A DNA stretch of 58,261 bases, counting the filler, from Dugesia japonica (lineage: Eukaryota): NCBI GenBank assembly GCA_001938525.1. It is 5 parts of 5 records of this genome, joined end to end, with 100 filler letters (N's around TTAATTAATTAA, not from the genome) between each part and the next. Parts side by side here need not be neighbours in the genome. Positions count along the whole stretch, not along the records: positions 49,926 to 58,261 come from MQRL01639350.1; 4 more parts are not named here. The stretch is one strand, 5' to 3'. Numbering within the stretch: position 1 is the stretch's first letter; each line of letters begins with the position of its first letter. The notes below the pieces were generated by a model. The model had not been told where the DNA came from. It was given only the letters and a program-made list of their open reading frames with translations, and did no database searches. The translations under genes and the position numbers were made by a program. Of this stretch, positions 51,288-58,261 are shown in pieces.

Positions 51288-52759
51288 TTCCTCCCTTTGG
51301 TTTATCGATATTGAGGATTCGGATTCCTTGTCATTCTTTCTGGATGACGTCTCATGATATCGCTCTCAATTCGTCGGTCATGTTATACTGGTAAGGCTTT
51401 TTTCTGTTTGCTTCTTTCTGATATTTGTGTGCTTCAGGTATTCATTTTATCTCTGTTTCTATTTCTATTTCTTGGTATTCTTTTGATTTGGTTGTAATTT
51501 CATTGAATTAAAGTGTTTCTATTTTCACCAAGCAAAGTGTAAGTTCATTCAATTATTGTATTTATAACTTTTTCTGAGCGAATACTTTGTTCCTCATCTT
51601 TGTCTGTTGTTTTGTATATTTTAACGTTTCTTTTCCTTTTTGGATCCTCATGTTTTCTTAAACACTGCTCGCAATTTAGTAATCGTGAAAGTGCATCAGC
51701 ATTAATATCTTCACTACCTTTTCTAAATTCTACGACCATATCAAATATTTCCAGCTCAACTTTCCATATGCAATTTTGTGACGTATTTGGGCTATCTCAA
51801 TTAAGCATCCATTTTAATGCTTGATGATCTGTTCGTACCACAAATCGTGATCCCATTAAATAGTGCTTAAACTTAAGAACAAACACATATATTGCCAGAA
51901 GCTCTTTTCTTGTGATGCAGTACTGTTTCTGACTTTTTATTAGTGTCTTCAATGCATAGTATAATACTCGTTCCTCACTATCTTGTACTTGAGAAAGTTC
52001 AGCACCAATTGCGTTGTGAGAAGCATCTGTATCCAAGATATATTTTCCATCCTTTGTTGGCAAAGCTAGCACTGATAGTTCTGTCAACCTTTTACGTAGC
52101 TTGTAAAAATATTCTTTATTTTCATCTGTCCATTGAAATTTGTTTTCTTTCTTTAGCATCGAACTAAGAGGTTCTGATAAATTTGCATGATTCTTTATGA
52201 ATCGCCTATAATAATTACAAAACCCTAAAAAGTTTGAAGTTCTTTTCGACATTGAGGAATCTCCCATTTTTGGATTGCCATTATCTTAACAGGATCTGTT
52301 GCGGTTCCATTTTTAGTTATTATATGTCCGAGATATTGTATTTTTTCGTGTAAAAATTTACATTTATTTGGTGCTAATTTAAGTACAGCTTCTCTTATTT
52401 TTCCTTAATACTTGATCTAGTCTTTCATTATGCTCTTCTACAGTTTTACCGAATATTAAAACATCGTCTAAATATATTACGCACTTTTTCCAATTTTCAT
52501 TTCGCAATACAATATTTACAAGCCGCTGAACTGTCGCTGGTGCTGAGCATAATCCAAACTGCATTCTGGTAAATTCGTATTGTCCAAACTTTGTGCTGAA
52601 TGCTGTTTTTTCCTGATCTTTTTTAGCTATCGGCACTTGGTGATATCCACTCGAAATGTTTAGAGTTGAAAACTAGTTAGCTCCAGCAATGCTGTCAAAC
52701 ATTTCCTCTGAAGATTGTATTAGAAATATTGGTTGGTTTGTTTTAGCATTCAGTGCTCT
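51288..52759 (-). mobile_element. Gypsy pol (RT + RNase H), integrase core missing, frameshifted
   Basis: SGYHQV, KTAF, MQFGL, YLDD, FLGFCNYYRRFI, LDTDAS, ELLAI, TDHQAL, NADALSR. Confidence 0.95.
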
Positions 52760-53025
52760 GTTATTTATGCTTATCGAATTTACCGACATTCGATTTGAAA
52801 TATCGCCAATGTATTAGTTCTTGTTTTCTTATTGGATTTTTCAATAATCATCAAATGGATTCTCAATTAATTATCGATTATTTCAAACTTTTCCATACTA
52901 TATTTGATATTAATAAAATTTTCATTTCCGATAAATTATTGATTAATCTAATAAATCAAAAATTCCAATTTTCATTCGCAATTGAAGATTTTACGAAATT
53001 ATTAAATTTATTTCATTCAATGGAA
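52760..53025 (+). other. Displaced near-identical duplicate of TARBP1 segment ~53475-53740
   Basis: Same sequence with a few substitutions, adjacent to an N gap; probable haplotype or assembly artefact. Confidence 0.8.
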
Positions 53026-53075
53026 NNNNNNNNNNNNNNNNNNNNNNNNNNNNNNNNNNNNNNNNNNNNNNNNNN

Positions 53076-56000
53076 TGGTTATTAATTATTATCGAGAAAG
53101 CTTCTTTACACGAGAGTACAATAATATTAAAATGGACTTTCTCTCAGTTTCTTAATCTTCCTGTTTTCTTAAATTGTTTCACTTATAATCAATTACTAAC
53201 GAATTTTTTTATTAATACACTCAACAATTCCAATCTCTATTTTTCACCTGAATCTGTGTCTGATAAGAATGGATTTTTTGCAAGCGAAACAATGAAGATC
53301 TTTCTCAACAATTTGTTTGACGAATTTTCACACGAAAATAACTCTACTAAATTATCAAATTTTCTGAATTTAATCTCATCAATTTCATGGAATACTCAAG
53401 CTCTTCTATTTTTTGCAGAATCATTTTCTGAAATTTCTTCAAAAAATTTTAATATTCAATTTCTTTTGAAAATCTGTTATTTATGCTTATCAAATTTACC
53501 GACATTCGATTTGAAATATCGCCAATGTATTAGTTCTGGTTTTCTTATTGGATTTTTCAATAATCACCAAATTGATTCTCAATTAATTATCGATTATTTC
53601 AAACTTTTCCATACTACATTTGATATTAATAAAATTTTTATTTCCGATAAATTATTGATTAATCTACTAAATCAAAAATTCCAATTTTCATTCGCAATTG
53701 AAGATTTTACGAAATTATTAAATTTATTTCATTCAATGGAAAAATCATCGGATTTAAATTTCAAAACTTTTTCCAATAAAATTGCTTGTTTTTCGTTGTT
53801 TTTCATGATTTTGCTAAACACAAAATTGCCCAAACATATTTTTATTGATTTTCTTAAAAGTCTATTTAAATCGATTAATAATTCANTGATGAATCCTTAT
53901 GCTAATTTCGACGAAATTCTAAAATCGATTATTTGTCTGAAAGAATTTCATTTGAACGGTTTTTTTGATAAAAAAGAAAAATTTCTTGAATTATTAAATT
54001 TTGAAATTAATGAAAATTTGTCTTTAATAATTAATACATTATCGTTTTTTATACAAAATAATAACAGCAACAACAACGATAAANNNNNNNNNNNNNNNNN
54101 NNNNNNNNNNNNNNNNNNNNNNNNNNNNNNNNNCTAAAATCGATTATTTGTCTGAAAGAATTTCATTTGAACGGTTTTTTTGATAAAAAAGAAAAATTTC
54201 TTGAATTGTTAAATTTTGAAATTAATGAAAATTTGTCTTTAATAATTAATACCTTATCGTTTTTTATACAAAATAATAACAGCAACAACAACGATAAAGA
54301 ATCTCAACAAAATTACATAGAATTATTGCAATATTTTGTAAAAAAATTTCCCGATAAAATAATGAAAATATTTTCCAATGAAATGAATGGAAATTCTCCT
54401 CTAAAACTAATTATTGGTGCTAATATCGATTCTGATTCTCAAAGAAAGCTTGTAGCTAAAATTGATATTAATTTTTCAGAAAATCGTAATGTTCTTACAT
54501 CATTAGATTATGAAAAATTTAATTTATTTTCACAAAATATTGATTTATTTTTAGAAAAATTTAACAATAATAATGATATTGAAAAATTATTTACAATCTA
54601 TTTGAATTTATTAGATGTGAGTTCTTCTGTTGAATGTCTTATTCCGGTTTTGAATTTGATTGGATCGTCTTTACAATATCTGGTGTGTAATTCAATTAGT
54701 AACGTCGTCAATCTTATTCGTTCTACTTGGTCTAGTGTTTTAGAATTTATATCAAATGCTCAGAAATTTTGGAAGATTTACTCTTTATTTATTGACAGAA
54801 TTTTTCTTCAATTTCTGAAAACACTTTATTATGTTAATGATAACATCAAAGAAGAAATTATTTCTTGTCTTACAGAATTGATTGATTTTATATTTGAAAT
54901 AGCAGAAAATAAATTTGGATTGGTTTATATTCTCGGAGATAAATTACATGATTTTTTGATTGAAAATCAATTTTCTATTGAAAATGATTTATTGGATTTT
55001 TATTTGGAATTAATTTGCAAACTTGTATTATTCGGTCCTTGTCATAGAAGAAGTTTACGTTTTGAAAATAAAATCGATAGATATTTATCGGAGAAATATG
55101 ATAATAGATGGAACTCTAAATTCGTCAATAAACTCGCTGAAAGTAGTGATAGAGTATCTGGAATTTTAATTCTCTCAATTGCTAATTCAAATATATTATC
55201 GTCAAAGTTTCATGGAAAAATCATTATGAAACTTAGTGAAATCGATAAAGAATTATTATTGAGCAATAGAAGTTGCTATAAAAACTACATTAATAATCGG
55301 CTTCATAGATCAAGACATCGATTATTTTCAGTTGTATTGATTTGTCTGAAAATGTCAATAGAAACCATTCCTAAAGAATTTATTGATTTTATTGAAAATT
55401 GGATGTTGAATAGTATTGAAAAAGAAACTTTAAGCTCTATCAGACATTTGGCAGAATGGAGTTTAATGTTGATTTATTTTCAAAGTAAAACTCGACTTGA
55501 AAAACTTATTGAACTTCTTCGTTCAACGATCGATAGTAAACCTGCCTATGTTTGTTCATTGATCTCAATTGCAAGACATTTGATTCAATTGGATTCGTTA
55601 AATACTGACATTGATAATTTTATTGAACAATTAATTCTTGTAATTCTTCCGTTGGGATCAGCACAAAATTATAATGTGAGATTGCATTCAATGTCATTTA
55701 TAAATATAATTAAAAATCTTGAAATTATTCCTAAAACGAAAGAATCGATATCGACAATTATTTCCAGCTATATCAATTTCATGAATCGCAGTACGACTGG
55801 TAAAAATATCAATAAATTATCAGATAATTTTTGGTGGGCAATATTTAATCCTATTGATGATGTGTGTCTGGAAACTGTGTTTCATATTTTACCACAACTG
55901 TTTGATTTGGTTGAAGAAGAACTTATTTCATTGGATCAATTTACAATGGTATCGAAACCGTTAAAATTCTATCAAATTAAATTTGCAAATCAACGATCAG

Positions 56001-56487
56001 TTTGGAATGGCTGTAAAGATTCTGTTTGGAGAGTTAAAACAGAAACATTTACCGATGAACATGTTCAAAATGAAAATGGTATTGTTGATGTACAAAAGAA
56101 AATCCAACCATGGTTAACATCAAGACCTGATGAAGATATGTTAAGAGAATTGTGTGGTTCAACTATTCCCGCTTCCGATATAGTTTTGGTATGTTCTTTA
56201 TTAGATAAATCAACAAATATCGGTGGTCTAGCGAGAACAAGCAATATTTTTGGAGTTGGAGAATTTGTTGTTGATAATTTGCGAATAGTCGATGATAATA
56301 ACTTTAAACAATTAGCAGTTACGGCTGACAAATGGATCAATATGACAGAAGTTTCCTCAAAATCATTAGTAGCTTTTATTTCGATGAAAAGAATGGAGGG
56401 ATTTGAAATAGTTGGTATAGAACAAACTGCAAATAGCGTTCCGTTACAATCCACTGTTTTCGAAAGGAGAACCGTTTTGATTCTTGG
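53076..56487 (+). CDS. TARBP1: tRNA Gm18 2'-O-methyltransferase TARBP1/Trm3 (partial; start and last exon not seen; artefactual overlap around gap 54084-54133)
   Basis: Long helical region, VQKKIQPW, then SpoU domain SLLDKSTNIGGLARTSNIFG…AVTADKW…VGIEQT…LILG ending at a GTAATT donor. Confidence 0.92.
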
Positions 56488-57639
56488 GTAATTATTTTTG
56501 TATATATTTGCAATATTTATTTGTCTATTTATCGAATCTTCAAATATTTCCCTCTTTTTATACTTTTAAATATCGATTCTTATAGTTTTAGTTGATTTGT
56601 TCACCAATTGCCATTGGATACTTATTCTATTTATCTTATCATGAAGATGACTAAGTGATTGTTCATATATTACGTACTCATCGAGGGGAGGATCGTTGGA
56701 TTTAAAAGATTTTGCGCGCGGAGAGGGATAGAGGTGTCGACTGAATGTGTACGTATGGATAAATAGCCTACGAAAAATATAATAAGTAAAGCCCTTAAAA
56801 ATCGGTTTTTTAAATAATAAAATCCTAAAAAATTTACTAAAAAGTAAGCCAAAAATACGGTACATCAGAGGTGTACAGCGCAATAAGAACTCCTCCAGAT
56901 AATGCGGGCGCAAAACACTATGATGACATTGTGATCATTTTCAATAGAATTTTTATATTTCACTTAACTTTTACTGTAAAACTCATAGAAATACTAGATT
57001 AAGAAGTGTCAAAGACGCGAAATATATATAATGAAATTTGTTATGTTTAACATGTATTCAGTAGCTCATGTCTAATTTTCTAGAATTTTTGCAGTCTGAG
57101 AAAAGTTAATGAGAAAACTTCTGTGTTTTTGAATAAAGTTTCCAAATCCGCGAGGACAGCTGTCTATCTTCGTTAGGAATAATTTTTCCCAAGACGATTA
57201 TTTAACTTTGTCCAGTCAGTTTTTTATTCTGAGTTAAATGATAGCAAAGTTGAAGCCATACTAGTTATGTACGCCGAGGAAATTTAGCGCCAAAATTTAA
57301 GATTTTTTGAGCCAAAACATTTTTTTTATTCCATTTAGGATAATATTTGGCGTTTTTAAGTTAAGACATGATAAGAATAGACATGATAAGATTTGAGAAA
57401 TAAAATCAAATTTTGCATCGATTGATATAAAAATCTCGATAAAAATTTTCGAAATTCGGATTGGTCACCTGGATTCCCATAGAAACTATAATTATTTTTA
57501 AATATTTAGACAAAATGGACTTTCCCCCNNNNNNNNNNNNNNNNNNNNNNNNNNNNNNNNNNNNNNNNNNNNNNNNNNCCCCCAAATTTCCGTAAATTAA
57601 AAACTTAAAAATTTAAACAAAATCACCTAAATGAACACC

Positions 57640-57977
57640 TGTCATGAACCTGAAGAAGATGGTTATTATGAATTTTAGAAGTTAGTAGCAAACAGCCTCA
57701 TTTAGAATTAATAGACGAAGTGCAATCGTCTGGATCAGACAAAAATGAAGTTTACTTTCACAAGTATTCAGGCATCATTAAATAGTTTCCTGAAACAGAA
57801 CGTTTCTTTGTGCACCATGGACAGTATAAGGTTTGAGACAATTTATTACCTGTAATTAATGCCACGAGAGAGATAAGAGGCAAGAGTTTTGTCCCAAAAG
57901 ATATTATTTCATAGTTCTCTTAGTAAATACCTAGTAAATACAATATCTGAATCAATATTCCCGGGTCAGTCGGTTAA
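57640..57977 (+). mobile_element. Probable piggyBac 3' end
   Basis: EF*KLVANSLI…RL…LCTMDSIRFETIYY (decayed Cys-rich domain) and terminal CGG|TTAA. Confidence 0.45.
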
Positions 57978-58261
57978 CAGAGTCACAAAGTATTGAAACT
58001 ATATATATTTTAGTATACGATATTTTATAAATTAATATTAATCAAAAAAAACTTCAATTTAATTAATTTTATTTTGCAGTGATTTGGAATTTCATTAAAA
58101 ATTAAATACTTAAAAAATATGTTAGTTCCTAATATTTAAATGAACACAGAAAAAATAAGATGAAAAATTATAATTCAGTGAAAGCTGTGTGTGTGTGTAT
58201 GTACATTTACATGTACTTTTATTGTTAGAAATGTATTTAGTGATTTAATGAAATTTTGTTA

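Noticed and set aside
56065-56454. Antisense ORFs over TARBP1 (also over HAD, CIAO1, ARF, PolB)
   Set aside because: Shadow frames of genes on the opposite strand.
56566-56913. 115-aa minus-strand ORF inside the TARBP1 intron
   Set aside because: No recognisable domain; probably a chance ORF in a non-coding repeat.

Overview
AT-rich eukaryotic genomic DNA with the standard genetic code and ~41-51-nt GT-AG introns, most consistent with a compact invertebrate animal genome (taxon not determinable here). The window is five assembly pieces joined by artificial 100-nt spacers (44 N + TTAATTAATTAA + 44 N), so adjacency across spacers is not trustworthy. Host genes: an intronless HAD phosphatase (HDHD1/PUDP-like) with an SPKK-rich N-terminal tail, the first two exons of CIAO1, two tandem ARF-like GTPase units, two orphan 3' exons, and most of TARBP1 (Trm3). 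The rest is mostly decayed mobile DNA: Polinton/adintovirus-type protein-primed PolB, mariner, maT, hAT, MULE, piggyBac-like, Gypsy, Penelope with a degenerate hammerhead, MITEs and periodic arrays. Most notable: (i) a predicted 51-nt intron that would fuse the two ARF units into one double-ARF protein with non-canonical G-motifs; (ii) an unclassified multi-kb repeat family ending in a conserved hairpin (…CCCCAACA) and carrying spliced coiled-coil ORFs but no visible transposase/RT; (iii) an apparently spliced PolB whose Cys-rich first visible exon has a second, SIM-bearing homologue. All calls are from manual reading and translation; no searches were run.
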